Notes: a model not told the origin generated them from the letters alone. DNA of 64,000 nt from an uncultured Gemmatimonadaceae bacterium (GCA_963817955.1 CAWFQK010000002.1:576001-640000); one strand, 5' to 3'. Positions 30,055 through 40,493 are shown, numbered from the stretch's first letter. Numbers and translations: made by a program.

Positions 30055-31391
30055 GAGGGTTTCTCGTACCGTAACGGTAAGTCGAACTTGAACGCCGAGC
30101 CCGCATCGGACGTCGACGTGAGTGTGATATCTCCTTGCACTGACTGCGCGAGCCGCCGCGCCAGCGCCAGGCCCAGGCCTGCCCCGCTGAACTCGCGGGT
30201 CATCGTGCCGTCCGCCTGACGGAACTCGTCGAACACATACCGGTGCGCTTCGCGTGGAATGCCAACGCCGGTGTCCTCGACCGTGTACACGGCCCGGTCA
30301 CCGACGATCTGCAGCGAGACGCGCACCTTGCCTTTACGCGTGAACTTGAACGCGTTGTCGATCAATGCCTGCAGCGCCTTGGCCACCGCGCGGCGGTCGG
30401 TCAGCATCACCGGCACCTGCTCCGGTTCAACGACATCGAGCGCCACAGACGCCCGCCGCCGCTTGCCGACCATAGCCACCGCATCGCGCATTGGGACGCG
30501 CGGGTCGAGCGCCTCCAACAGCAACCCGTTGAGCCCGCGTTTGAGCTGCGTGAGCTCGAGCAGATCGCCGATCAAGGCCAGCAACTCGTCGCTGGCGTCC
30601 TTCACCTGCTCGAGCGTGCGTTGCTGCTCGACGGTGATGGGGCCGGCGAGCCCTTCCTGCATGAGCGAAATGTAGCCCATCACGGCCGTGAGGGGGGTGC
30701 GCAACTCATGGGAAATATTGGCCAGGAACTCGTCCTTCGCACGCCGGGCATCGACCAGATCGGCGTACTGCCGGCTCAACTCGGTGTTTGACTCCGTGAG
30801 CGCCACGTTGGCCTGCTGAAGGTCGTCGATGAGCCGTGCTTTTTCAGCGGTCGCGGCCATCTGATCGGCCACCATGCGCATGAGGTGGCGTGTCTCCGGC
30901 ACCACCGCATTGGGCGATGCGAAGTAGAACGTGACGGTACCCAGCACCGTCTGGTTCGCCTGGAGCGGCAGGGCGACGAACGAACGGAAACCCAGCTCAG
31001 TGGCCACTTCCTGCCAATCCTCGAACGACGGATCGCCAAAGACGTCGAGTACCTCGATGGCGCGCCGCTCACTCGCAGCCTCACCGCTCGGACCACAGCC
31101 GAGCCGCACGCGCATTTGATCGAGGAATTGTGCGTAGCGCTCCGGCCAGTTGCAGACCGCCGCAAGACGCATCAGCTCGGACCCTTCGTCGACGAGGTAG
31201 ACACAGGCAAACGCGGCGCCGACGAGCGGACTCACTTTGTCGAGCGCGAACTGGTAGACGTCTTCTGGCCGGCGCGCGGTGAGGAAGGCGTGCACGATCT
31301 CGCGGACCGCCATCAGCTCGCGCAGTCCGAAGTCGGTCGCCTCCGCCGGCGTTCGCGAACGGTCGGGAATGGTCGACGCGCTTTTCGTCAC
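30051..31391 (-). CDS. Cytoplasmic GAF-sensor histidine kinase
   Basis: GAF-like N-terminus, SHELRTPL, NAFKFT, DTGVGI, GAGLGL. Confidence 0.92.
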   Translation of the reverse strand: MTKSASTIPDRSRTPAEATDFGLRELMAVREIVHAFLTARRPEDVYQFALDKVSPLVGAAFACVYLVDEGSELMRLAAVCNWPERYAQFLDQMRVRLGCGPSGEAASERRAIEVLDVFGDPSFEDWQEVATELGFRSFVALPLQANQTVLGTVTFYFASPNAVVPETRHLMRMVADQMAATAEKARLIDDLQQANVALTESNTELSRQYADLVDARRAKDEFLANISHELRTPLTAVMGYISLMQEGLAGPITVEQQRTLEQVKDASDELLALIGDLLELTQLKRGLNGLLLEALDPRVPMRDAVAMVGKRRRASVALDVVEPEQVPVMLTDRRAVAKALQALIDNAFKFTRKGKVRVSLQIVGDRAVYTVEDTGVGIPREAHRYVFDEFRQADGTMTREFSGAGLGLALARRLAQSVQGDITLTSTSDAGSAFKFDLPLRYEKPS

Positions 31392-31397
31392 AGGCTA

Positions 31398-31403
31398 AAG
31401 TTA
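31398..31403 (-). promoter_or_regulatory. -10 box TAACTT 6 nt before kinase GTG (leaderless)
   Basis: aagtta on + strand; no RBS. Confidence 0.55.
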
Positions 31404-31445
31404 CGCCTTCGTCCTGGGCCGGGCCAGCGCCCAGCTGCGAAGACC

Positions 31446-32132
31446 CTATTTCTTGTCCGGGACGGTGAGTGGCCGCACTTCCACGCGATGAATGAGAACG
31501 TTTGGTGGCGTGTCGATGACGCAAGCGATGGCGTTGGCGACGTCTTCCGCGGCGAGCATCCACCCTGGATCGGAGCGCTCGGAGAAGTGCGTTGCCACCG
31601 AGCCAGGGTTGACGACTGACACCTTCACCCCAGAACCGCGCAACTCGAGCATGAGCGATTCGGTGAAGCCCATCACTGCGTGCTTCGTCGCAGCGTAGCC
31701 CGTGCCCCCCACAAAGCCGCTTCGCCCGCTGATCGATCCGACCACCACAACGTGCCCCGACCGACGCCGAATCATGGCAGGGAGGACGGCGCGCGTCACG
31801 TCGAACAACGCGTTGAAGTTGACGTCCACCATCTGCGTCCATTCCTGGCGCGTCAGATCCATGAATGGCTTGATGGTACCAACACCGGCGTTGTTGACCA
31901 GAATCTGCGCATCGACGTCCGACAGCGCCGCAGCGACGGCGACCGGATCGGTGATGTCTACGACGCGCGGCCGGCAGCTCCCTCCGCCGGCCTCGATCGC
32001 CTGGGCAAGCGACTCCAGCTCGTCATCCGATCGCGCGACGGCAACGATGTCGTACTTTGGTGCAAGGCGAAGCGCGGTAGCACGTCCGATCCCGCGCGAA
32101 GCTCCGGTGATGACGGCGACTGGCTTGGGCAT
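31446..32132 (-). CDS. SDR family oxidoreductase
   Basis: TGASRGIG, NNAG, YAATK. Confidence 0.95.
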   Translation of the reverse strand: MPKPVAVITGASRGIGRATALRLAPKYDIVAVARSDDELESLAQAIEAGGGSCRPRVVDITDPVAVAAALSDVDAQILVNNAGVGTIKPFMDLTRQEWTQMVDVNFNALFDVTRAVLPAMIRRRSGHVVVVGSISGRSGFVGGTGYAATKHAVMGFTESLMLELRGSGVKVSVVNPGSVATHFSERSDPGWMLAAEDVANAIACVIDTPPNVLIHRVEVRPLTVPDKK

Positions 32133-32138
32133 CTGAGA

Positions 32139-32144
32139 AAGCTA
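32139..32144 (-). promoter_or_regulatory. -10 box TAGCTT 6 nt before SDR ATG (leaderless)
   Basis: aagcta on + strand. Confidence 0.55.
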
Positions 32145-32204
32145 CACCGGCTCAGGCGTCAGGGCGAATGGACGATGGGCCCGTCTGGGCGTGCCCGTCG
32201 CACG

Positions 32205-34355
32205 CTACGGTTGCCGTGCCACGGGAGCGGTCGGTACACCCAGCGTGGCCAGCACGCCGGGCGCACTCGCCAGTGCATTGTCAAACGTCTTCGACGAAAT
32301 CCCGATCAATTGTTGTTCGGCAATCCACCGCTCGAGTTGCTCGACGCTCGCGGCCGGGCGCGTAATACCGGGGCCGCTTGCGCGGTCTCGCGTGACTCCC
32401 AACCACGCATTGCGGCCATCGCGCTTGGCGATGAACGTCGCGACGTCCGCAAGCTCGAGCACCGCGGTCCAGGCAAGCGCATCCGGCGCGCGGAGATCGA
32501 ATGGAAATGCCGCGAAGCCGATCGAGCAGGTGAGACGAATCATGCGTCCGTCCGACATGGTCATCACATGCCGCTCGATCGCTTGACGAAGTCGCTCGGC
32601 AGTCACTGGTGCCTGCATGCGATTCGTGAAACGCGCAACGATCAGGAATTCCTCACCGCCCCAGCGGACCACGATATCGGAATCGCGACACGTCGTGCGC
32701 ATCACCGCCGCCAATTGAACCAGGAGCTCATCGCCGACGGCATGGCCGAATTCGTCGTTGACCGACTTGAAGTGATCCAGGTCGAGCACGAGAAAGATGA
32801 GATCCGCGTCTTCAGCCGCAGCGCCCCGCGCGAGAGCCGCACGATGACGGCGCAGGCTGGCGGCCGTATCCATCTGCATGGTCTGCTGTACGTAGCGGCG
32901 ATTCCACAGGCCCGTCAGCGCATCCGTCACGCTCATGGCCTCGGCGAGGCGCGATCGCTCCACGCGTCGCCGATAGAGGAAGAACGCGACCACGGCGATG
33001 AGAATCGCCAGGGCCGCCGCGCCGTCACGTTGCGACTCGCCGGTGCGGGCCTCGAGCTGCAGTTCGGTCTGATGCCGCCGGAGCGAATCGATCTCCTGCA
33101 TGCGCCGGACGTCGACGTACTGACCCTCCAGCGCTCCAATTCGATCCTCGGTTTCGGAGTTGAAGATCGAATCGCTCACCGCCTTCGAGCGCTTGAACGC
33201 CTGTAACGCAGCGGCGAGGTCGCCCCGCGACTCTTTGATCGCGCCCAGCTCATCCGCCGCTTGACGCACCAGATCGCGCGAGCCCATCCCTTCAGCGATG
33301 GCCAGCGCCAAACGAGCATGCTCGTCGGCCTGCTGCGGCTGCTGCGCCTGTCTCTCGCACTGGGCGAGTCCGAGCTCGATCTGGGCTTCCAGTCCCTTGT
33401 CGCCCACGCGATCGGCGATGCCTTTTGCCAGGAGCAGCTTCCGGCGAGCGGCGTCAGGCTGCTTCAAGGCGAGGTAGACGAGTCCGATGTTGCGATGCGA
33501 CAGCGCGATCGCGGAGCGGTCGTCGAGCGCCGAGCGAATCGCCAGCGCCTCCCGGTGATACGAGAGAGCGTGCGACAGATCGCCCTTCTCGAGAAAGATG
33601 TCACCGATGTTGTTCAGCGTCGCGGCAATTCTCGTCTTGTTCGCTTGGGCGCGCCGAATTTGCAGCGCGCGATCGAAGTACGTCAGCGCACGATCGTACT
33701 GGCGCAGCCGCCCATACACAATTCCAATGTTGTTGAGCGACAGTGACACCGATGCGCCGTCCCCCAGCCGCTCACGAATCGCCAACGCCTCCAGGCCGTA
33801 TGCCAGACCCTTGCTGTAGTCGGCGAGATCGGTGGTATAGACATAGCCGAGATTATTGAGTGAATTGGCAATGTCGCGATCGCGGCCGACAATGCGCTGC
33901 AACGCCAGCGCCTCGCCGAACAGCGCGACGGCGCGCGCGGGATTCCCCCTCCGCTGCTCGAGCGAGCCGAGATTACTCACCGCGCGCGCTTGGCCGCCTT
34001 TGTCGCCGACCCGTTCGGCGAATCGACGGCCACTGTCGGCATAGAAGCTCGCCGAATCGTACTGGCCGACGGTCATGTGCGCCCACGCCATTTCGTTGAG
34101 CGTCGCGATGTTCGCCGCCGGATCGGAAGTCACGGCGAAGAGCTTGATCGCCTCGTTCCCGTACCGGATCGCGCGCGCGGGGTCATCGATCTTGTGTGCA
34201 TCGACCAACCTGGCCAGCGCACGCGCACGGTCGAGGCCGCTCAGGCTAGCGAGCCTTCCCTCCAGATCTCCAGCGCCCTGTGCGGCCGCGGAGGTAGCAA
34301 CCAAGATCCAGGCGCCGAGGACGCGAATGACGTGACGGCTCAATCGTCGGGCCAT
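32205..34355 (-). CDS. TPR-repeat membrane diguanylate cyclase
   Basis: Signal peptide, repeated SLNNxG TPRs, TM, DALTGLWNRR, DLDHFK, GGEEF. Confidence 0.93.
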   Translation of the reverse strand: MARRLSRHVIRVLGAWILVATSAAAQGAGDLEGRLASLSGLDRARALARLVDAHKIDDPARAIRYGNEAIKLFAVTSDPAANIATLNEMAWAHMTVGQYDSASFYADSGRRFAERVGDKGGQARAVSNLGSLEQRRGNPARAVALFGEALALQRIVGRDRDIANSLNNLGYVYTTDLADYSKGLAYGLEALAIRERLGDGASVSLSLNNIGIVYGRLRQYDRALTYFDRALQIRRAQANKTRIAATLNNIGDIFLEKGDLSHALSYHREALAIRSALDDRSAIALSHRNIGLVYLALKQPDAARRKLLLAKGIADRVGDKGLEAQIELGLAQCERQAQQPQQADEHARLALAIAEGMGSRDLVRQAADELGAIKESRGDLAAALQAFKRSKAVSDSIFNSETEDRIGALEGQYVDVRRMQEIDSLRRHQTELQLEARTGESQRDGAAALAILIAVVAFFLYRRRVERSRLAEAMSVTDALTGLWNRRYVQQTMQMDTAASLRRHRAALARGAAAEDADLIFLVLDLDHFKSVNDEFGHAVGDELLVQLAAVMRTTCRDSDIVVRWGGEEFLIVARFTNRMQAPVTAERLRQAIERHVMTMSDGRMIRLTCSIGFAAFPFDLRAPDALAWTAVLELADVATFIAKRDGRNAWLGVTRDRASGPGITRPAASVEQLERWIAEQQLIGISSKTFDNALASAPGVLATLGVPTAPVARQP

Positions 34356-34485
34356 CGAATTCTGCCAAGAACTTGTGAGGGGGACCGCACGGGCGGAGGA
34401 TACGCGGTACTGACGTGGAGAGTTGGTGTGCGGTAACAGGTACGCCTCGGCAGAGGGGGCGACCAGTACGTGCCACCGTGGCCGG

Positions 34486-36003
34486 TCACCCCAACAGCCG
34501 CTCCACCGCTCGCACGAGCGGGGCGAATGTCAGTGGCTTCCCGGCGACCCGCGCGGCCTGTTCGTGCGCCATCTCACGCTGCCCTTCGCCAAACAGGGCA
34601 AGGCAGATCCACGGGCCAGCGCGTGGGTTGCGCCACCAGTCGACGTCGTACCGTTCGACGAGGGTCTCGGAGAGCAGCGCTTGGAGCTGCCACGCGCGGA
34701 GATATCGCGCCGAGTAGTAGCGCGCATCGACGTCGACGAACGCATCGGCACGGCTATACCGAAAGGTCGTGGCGGCCGTCAGCTGGTCGACGTACAGATC
34801 TGGCAGCGCATCCCAAGGCACGTTCCCGCCGTACAGCTCAACCTCGTAGATCAGCTTTGCGCAGTAGCGCCGCAGAAAATGGAGCTCCTCGAATCCTGCT
34901 GCGCGCAGAAACGACGGCATCGCAGACGCGCCGAGTTCCGTGTAGCGCTTGAGCCACCCCTCGTTCTCCAGGAGGTGATCGAACAGCATCGCGTACCCTT
35001 CAGTGATCGAGTTGTCGCCGAGCCAGCGGTACTCGAACGCGAGGTCGGGGCGGATGTACGCGAAATGGAGCGCGTGTCCCAGCTCGTGGAGAAAGGTGTT
35101 CCAGTCGGTCTGGCCGCCATGTGGACGCAGCACCAGGTATACTTCTGCCGGCACGCGCACGGGCGAACAGAAGGCGCGCGAGCGCTTCCCTTCCCGCTCG
35201 CCCGTATCGAGCGTGATGCGCCCGCCGGCGAGCGGATCGATGCCCATCTCGCGCACCTGGCGGCTGATCGACTCCTCCATGCGGTTCGACGGAAAGTAGG
35301 CATCGAACTCGCGGGCCCGGAAGAGCGCCAGCGCATCGGCACGCGTCAATTCGGAAACGCTCATGCCGAGCACGCGCCTGGCGCATTCCGGAAGCACGTC
35401 GTCCCACATGGCCTGCGTGTCGCGCAGGAACTGTTCGCACTCGGCCTTGAGGCCCGACAGCGAGACACCGCTCAGCAGCTCGAACGTCGCGTTGTAGTCG
35501 TTGGCCAGGCCGAGCTGCTCGGTGATGTCGCGCTCGCGCTGAAAGCGCTCCCGGCGGATCGGCGCGAACTCGCGCTCGACGAGCTTCGAACGTGCCGCTT
35601 CAATGGCGTGGCGCTCGGCAGCGTCCGTGCTGTTCGCCAGTGCGATGGACGTGGCCTCGAACTGGATCTGGCTGCCGTCGGCGACGCGCACCACCGCGCT
35701 GCGCTCCCAACTGATCTCGCGCTCATCCAGCGTCGCGAGCTGACGAGCGCTCTGTGACTCCGCCTGCCAGTCGAGTAGCAGGCGCGCCGACCGCTGCTCC
35801 TCGGTGCCTTGTGACGCGTTGCGGAACGCCTCGAGCGCCAGGGCGAGCGCATCGGGACCGAGGATGTCGGCATACTTCGCATAGATCGGCTGGAGCTCGG
35901 CGCCATCCTTCTGCCCCGAATGCGCCAGGTAGTACTCCCGCGAAATTTCCTGCATGAAGGCTTCACCGGCTTCGCGAAGCCGGTCGAACGACAATCGAGT
36001 CAC
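34486..36003 (-). CDS. M3/M32-like zinc metallopeptidase
   Basis: HELGH plus downstream TEGYAMLF. Confidence 0.7.
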   Translation of the reverse strand: MTRLSFDRLREAGEAFMQEISREYYLAHSGQKDGAELQPIYAKYADILGPDALALALEAFRNASQGTEEQRSARLLLDWQAESQSARQLATLDEREISWERSAVVRVADGSQIQFEATSIALANSTDAAERHAIEAARSKLVEREFAPIRRERFQRERDITEQLGLANDYNATFELLSGVSLSGLKAECEQFLRDTQAMWDDVLPECARRVLGMSVSELTRADALALFRAREFDAYFPSNRMEESISRQVREMGIDPLAGGRITLDTGEREGKRSRAFCSPVRVPAEVYLVLRPHGGQTDWNTFLHELGHALHFAYIRPDLAFEYRWLGDNSITEGYAMLFDHLLENEGWLKRYTELGASAMPSFLRAAGFEELHFLRRYCAKLIYEVELYGGNVPWDALPDLYVDQLTAATTFRYSRADAFVDVDARYYSARYLRAWQLQALLSETLVERYDVDWWRNPRAGPWICLALFGEGQREMAHEQAARVAGKPLTFAPLVRAVERLLG

Positions 36004-37346
36004 TGCGCGAGACGGTCTCGGATGACGGAACCGACGCGGTCGGCGGCGACGCGCTCCTGTTGTAGCGTATCTCTCTCCCGGATGGTGACCGTGCCATCCG
36101 CCATCGTCTGCCCATCGACCGTGAGACAGAACGGCGTGCCGACTTCGTCCTGTCGCCGATACCGGCGTCCAATGGCTGCCGACTCGTCGTAGAACACCGG
36201 AAAGTGCTGACGGAGGTCCTTCGCCAGCTTCTGGGCAAATTCGGGCATGCCGTCCTTCTTCACGAGCGGGAAGATGCCCGCCTTGATCGGCGCGAGTGAC
36301 GGATGCAGGCCGAGCACGGTGCGCCCTTCGTCTTCACCTTCCACCTTCTCCTCGCGATAGGCATTCACGAGCACGGCGAGGGCGGTGCGGTCGGCGCCGA
36401 CGGACGTCTCGACGACGAGCGGCACATAACGGCGGTTGTTCGGCTGATCGAAGTATTCGAGTTTCTTGCCCGAATACTCCTGGTGGCGCGTGAGGTCGAA
36501 ATCGCCACGGTTGTGTACACCCTCGATTTCCTGAAAGCCGAGGGTGCCACCGAAGTCGAACTGGATGTCGAACGCGGCGCGTGCATAGTGCGCCAACTCC
36601 TCGGGCGTGTGCTGATGGAACAGCAGCCGCGCCGGATCGATGCCCAGCGACTGGTGCCATGCCATGCGCTGTTCCTTCCAGTACTCGAACCACTGCATGT
36701 CCGTGCCCGGCTCGACGAAGAACTGCATCTCCATCTGTTCGAACTCGCGCGTTCGAAAGATGAAATTGCCTGGCGTAATCTCGTTCCGGAATGCCTTGCC
36801 GATCTGCGCGATGCCGAACGGAACCTTCTGGCGCGTGGACTGCTGCACGTTCAGAAAATTCACATAGATGCCCTGCGCGGTCTCGGGGCGGAGATAGGCG
36901 ACGGAGGCGCTGTCCTCGACCGGCCCCATGAACGTCTTGAACATCAGGTTGAACATGCGCGGCTCGGACAGCGTGCCCTTCATGCCGCAGGCCGGACACT
37001 GCGCGTCGGGCGTGCCCGGCGTGCCCTTGATCTTGGGGTCGTCGGCGCGAAAACGCTTCTTGCAGTTATGACAGTCGATGAGCGGATCCGTGAAGCCGGC
37101 GACGTGGCCGCTGGCCTCCCAGACGCGGGGATGCATGAGAATTGCCGCATCGAGTCCCTCGATGTCGTCGCGCGCGCGGACCATCGCGTTCCACCAGCGG
37201 TCCTTCAGGTTCCGTTTGAGCTCCACTCCGAGTGGACCGTAGTCCCACACCGAGCCCGCACCGCCGTAGATCTCGGATGACTGAAAGACGTAGCCACGGC
37301 GCTTACAGAGAGAGACGAGTTTTTCGAGGACGTCTGGGGTGGACAT
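36000..37346 (-). CDS. glyQS: Glycine--tRNA ligase, alpha2 type
   Basis: [43 protein letters not shown]. Confidence 0.97.
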   Translation of the reverse strand: MSTPDVLEKLVSLCKRRGYVFQSSEIYGGAGSVWDYGPLGVELKRNLKDRWWNAMVRARDDIEGLDAAILMHPRVWEASGHVAGFTDPLIDCHNCKKRFRADDPKIKGTPGTPDAQCPACGMKGTLSEPRMFNLMFKTFMGPVEDSASVAYLRPETAQGIYVNFLNVQQSTRQKVPFGIAQIGKAFRNEITPGNFIFRTREFEQMEMQFFVEPGTDMQWFEYWKEQRMAWHQSLGIDPARLLFHQHTPEELAHYARAAFDIQFDFGGTLGFQEIEGVHNRGDFDLTRHQEYSGKKLEYFDQPNNRRYVPLVVETSVGADRTALAVLVNAYREEKVEGEDEGRTVLGLHPSLAPIKAGIFPLVKKDGMPEFAQKLAKDLRQHFPVFYDESAAIGRRYRRQDEVGTPFCLTVDGQTMADGTVTIRERDTLQQERVAADRVGSVIRDRLAQ

Positions 37347-37411
37347 GTTGATGAGTAAAAGACGGCGGCCCTTGGCCGCGTAAACCCCCACGTTTAGCGC
37401 TTAAAAGTTAC

Positions 37412-38428
37412 TCAGGCATCGAGTTCGGCGCTCAGCTTCGGCTCGGGAGGGACGCCCTTGCCCAGGACACTGGCAACGATCTTTTCGCCGTGGTAGCGGC
37501 CGTTCTCGATAAACACTTTGTTCGCATCAAATCCGGCGACCACGACGCCGGCGATGAAGATGCCCGGCACCGCCGTCTCCAGTGTATCTGGATCGTGGGC
37601 CGGAATGCCGGTCGCTGGATCAATCGGAACGCCGGCCTGGCGCAACAGATCCGTGTTCGGCGCGAATCCGGTCAGCACGTACACCCGGTCGGCCTTCAGG
37701 CGCTCCTCGCCGCGCAGCGACGTGACCACGACTGACGCGTGCTCGATGCCCGCCACGCGACTCTCCCATCGTGTACCGATACTCCCTTCCTTCTCGCGAT
37801 TGAGAAAATCGGGCAGCACCCACGGCTTGATCTTCTTGTCGAACGTGGGCAGGTAGTGCACGAGCGTGACCCGTGCGCCCGATCGCCACAGGTCGAGCGC
37901 CGCCTCGGCCGCCGAGTTCCCGCCCCCGACGACCACCACGTCCTGATCGAAGGCCTCGTGGCCTTCGCGGTAGACGTGCGACACGTGCGGCAGATCCTCG
38001 CCCGGCACCCGCAAATAGTTCGGCGACCCGAAGTACCCAGTGGCCACGACGACCGCTCTTGCCTGTGTCTCGCGGGGTCCATTGGCGCGCGAATCAGAAT
38101 GCACGACGAAGCCGTCGCCGTCACGCTCGATCGACGTGACGCGCTCGTACTGCCGCAGCGGGATACTGAAATGCTTCACCACCGCGCGGTAATACGCGAG
38201 CGCATCCCGCCGGGACGGCTTATCCGTTGCCACGATGAACGGCAGTCCGCCGAGCGACAGCTTGTCGGCGGTCGAGAAGAACCGCACGTACAATGGATAC
38301 TGCATGATCGTGCTGACCACCGATCCACCGTCGAGCACGAGCGTCTTCAATCCGGCGCGCTGTGCCGAAATAGACGCCGCCAGGCCGCATGGTCCGGCCC
38401 CGATGATGAGAAGATCGACGCGAGACAC
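37412..38428 (-). CDS. ypdA: YpdA-like flavin oxidoreductase (putative bacillithiol disulfide reductase)
   Basis: GAGPCG, FFST, GGGNSA, IKPW, FIENGRYHG. Confidence 0.85.
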   Translation of the reverse strand: MSRVDLLIIGAGPCGLAASISAQRAGLKTLVLDGGSVVSTIMQYPLYVRFFSTADKLSLGGLPFIVATDKPSRRDALAYYRAVVKHFSIPLRQYERVTSIERDGDGFVVHSDSRANGPRETQARAVVVATGYFGSPNYLRVPGEDLPHVSHVYREGHEAFDQDVVVVGGGNSAAEAALDLWRSGARVTLVHYLPTFDKKIKPWVLPDFLNREKEGSIGTRWESRVAGIEHASVVVTSLRGEERLKADRVYVLTGFAPNTDLLRQAGVPIDPATGIPAHDPDTLETAVPGIFIAGVVVAGFDANKVFIENGRYHGEKIVASVLGKGVPPEPKLSAELDA

Positions 38429-38429
38429 C

Positions 38430-39710
38430 CTAGAGCCCGATGATCTGATCCCGGCGCGTGCCCACACTCACATAGCTGATGCGTGCCTCGATCAACTCCT
38501 GCACGCGATCGAGGTACCGCCGCGCCTCCACCGGCAAATCGTCCATGCGGCGCGCCTCGGCCGTGGACTGCTGCCAGCCATCCATCCACTCGTACCGCGG
38601 TACCACATGTTCGAGCACGGTGATGTCGCCGGGAAATTCCGTGTGGATCTCGCCGTCGTGCTCGTAGCCGGTGCAGATCGCCACGCGATCGAGCGTATCG
38701 AGCACGTCGAGCTTCGTCACCGCCACGTCGGTGAGTCCATTGATGCGCGTTGCGTAGCGAACCACGACAGCGTCGAACCAGCCGCAGCGGCGCGCGCGTC
38801 CCGTCGTCGCGCCGAACTCGTTGCCGAGTGAACGCACCCGCTCGCCCATTTCGCCGAGCATCTCCGTAGGCAGCGGGCCGGTGCCCACCCGCGTCGTATA
38901 CGCCTTCACGACGCCCAGCACGGCATCGATCGACGTCGGCGCGATGCCGGTACCGATCGCCGCGCCGCCCGACGTGGTACTACTCGACGTCACGAAGGGA
39001 TACGTGCCGTGATCGACGTCGAGCAACGAGCCCTGCGCGCCTTCGAGGAGAATGGCCGCGCCGCTCTTCTGCGCGCGATGCACCATCAGCCCCACATCGT
39101 CGGCGAGCGGCAGTAGCCTGCCAGCCAGCCGGTCGAGCAGATCCAGGGTCACCGACGTGTCGGCACGCTTGGCGCTGCCGAATGCGACGAGCTGCGCGTT
39201 TGCGCGCTCCGTGCCGCGCTCCACGAGTTGGCGCAGGCGGTCGCGATTGCGGAGATCGAGCACGCGCACGCCCCGCCGCGCCACCTTGTCCTCGTACGTG
39301 GGACCGATGCCGCGCCCCGTCGTGCCGAGTTCGCGGCTGTGCGAGCTCTCGGCGTCGAGCAGCTTATGGTATGGCAGCACCAAGTGCGCGCGGTCGCTCA
39401 CGTACAGACGACCCTCGACATCGATGCCGTCCTTGACCAGTCCGTCGATCTCGGTGAACAATGTCTCCGGATCGAGCACCACGCCGTTGCCGATCGCGCA
39501 GCGCACGCCTTCGTGCAGGATGCCGCTCGGGATCTGATGAAGCACGAATGAGTGCTTGCCGAGATCCACGGTGTGTCCCGCGTTCGCCCCGCCCTGGTAG
39601 CGCACCACCCAGTCAGCGCGCTCAGCGAGCACGTCGACGAGCTTGCCTTTCCCTTCATCGCCCCACTGCGCTCCGACGACGACGACCGTGCGTTTACTCT
39701 GGTTGAACAT
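38430..39710 (-). CDS. purA: Adenylosuccinate synthetase
   Basis: GAQWGDEGKGK, GGANAGHT, EGAQG, GTYPFVTSS, EFGATTGR. Confidence 0.98.
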   Translation of the reverse strand: MFNQSKRTVVVVGAQWGDEGKGKLVDVLAERADWVVRYQGGANAGHTVDLGKHSFVLHQIPSGILHEGVRCAIGNGVVLDPETLFTEIDGLVKDGIDVEGRLYVSDRAHLVLPYHKLLDAESSHSRELGTTGRGIGPTYEDKVARRGVRVLDLRNRDRLRQLVERGTERANAQLVAFGSAKRADTSVTLDLLDRLAGRLLPLADDVGLMVHRAQKSGAAILLEGAQGSLLDVDHGTYPFVTSSSTTSGGAAIGTGIAPTSIDAVLGVVKAYTTRVGTGPLPTEMLGEMGERVRSLGNEFGATTGRARRCGWFDAVVVRYATRINGLTDVAVTKLDVLDTLDRVAICTGYEHDGEIHTEFPGDITVLEHVVPRYEWMDGWQQSTAEARRMDDLPVEARRYLDRVQELIEARISYVSVGTRRDQIIGL

Positions 39711-39746
39711 GCGAGGGGCGAGTGACGAGGGGCGGTGAACGACGGA

Positions 39747-39781
39747 CAAAAAAATACGCCCCGACACAAGGCGCGGGGCGT
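39747..39781 (-). terminator. Intrinsic terminator-like hairpin in purA leader
   Basis: Minus strand ACGCCCCG-loop-CGGGGCGT-ATTTTTTT. Confidence 0.7.
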
Positions 39782-39787
39782 TGTTTG

Positions 39788-39815
39788 AATCTACCGGGGC
39801 GGGCGAGGGAGTCAA
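39788..39815 (-). promoter_or_regulatory. sigma70-type promoter TTGACT-N16-TAGATT for purA
   Basis: agtcaa 39810-39815 and aatcta 39788-39793. Confidence 0.6.
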
Positions 39816-39821
39816 TTGAGC

Positions 39822-40004
39822 GGGGGACACGGGACACGGGACAACCCACAACGCGTTACCAGTTACGCGTTACCAGTTGGCTTCTACCGCCGGGCGCCAT
39901 GCGTGTCGGCCACAATCCCCGGTCGGCGAGGTTCGAGTTTCCAGTCGTGAGTTGTGCGTTGTGAGTTTCTCGTGTCCCGTGTCCCGTGTCCCGTGTCCCG
40001 TGCC
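39822..40004. repeat. Composite repeat copy 3 with inverted heptamer ends (MITE-like)
   Basis: GGGACAC array at left is inverted relative to GTGTCCC array at right; 39919-39977 matches copies 1 and 2. Confidence 0.8.
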
Positions 40005-40493
40005 CTACACCGCCGCCACGATCATCCACACCGCCATCACGAACCCGATCGCGATCTTCACTGCCGCGGCAGTCACACGCCCAATGAGCGCGCCCCATGC
40101 AACGCGGGTCGCCGTCCCGTGACCACCACCGCGGCTGTACTCGAAAACAAATGCTCCCACGAATGCGCCAACGAACGCGCCAACGATCGACCCGACGACC
40201 GGGACCGGCACGCCCATGAACGCGCCAACCATGCCGCCGATGATCGCGCCCCACCCCGCGCGCCGCGATCCGCCGTACAACCGCGTGAATCGGCTCGCGA
40301 GCAGCCACTCCAATCCCTCGGCGATCACCATGAGGATGCCAATCCCGATCAGCGTGACCAGGCCTATGCCACCGCCCGGCACGAGCAGGTAGTAACAGAG
40401 TGCCGCCGCGAACATCACCAGCGTGCCTGGCATGCCGAATGGAATCATGACCAGGCCGAGTACGATTGCAGCGATCAGTAACAGCACCTGCAT
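40005..40493 (-). CDS. DUF456-like membrane protein
   Basis: PGT, YGGSRRAGWGAIIGG, hydrophobic Gly-rich. Confidence 0.8.
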   Translation of the reverse strand: MQVLLLIAAIVLGLVMIPFGMPGTLVMFAAALCYYLLVPGGGIGLVTLIGIGILMVIAEGLEWLLASRFTRLYGGSRRAGWGAIIGGMVGAFMGVPVPVVGSIVGAFVGAFVGAFVFEYSRGGGHGTATRVAWGALIGRVTAAAVKIAIGFVMAVWMIVAAV

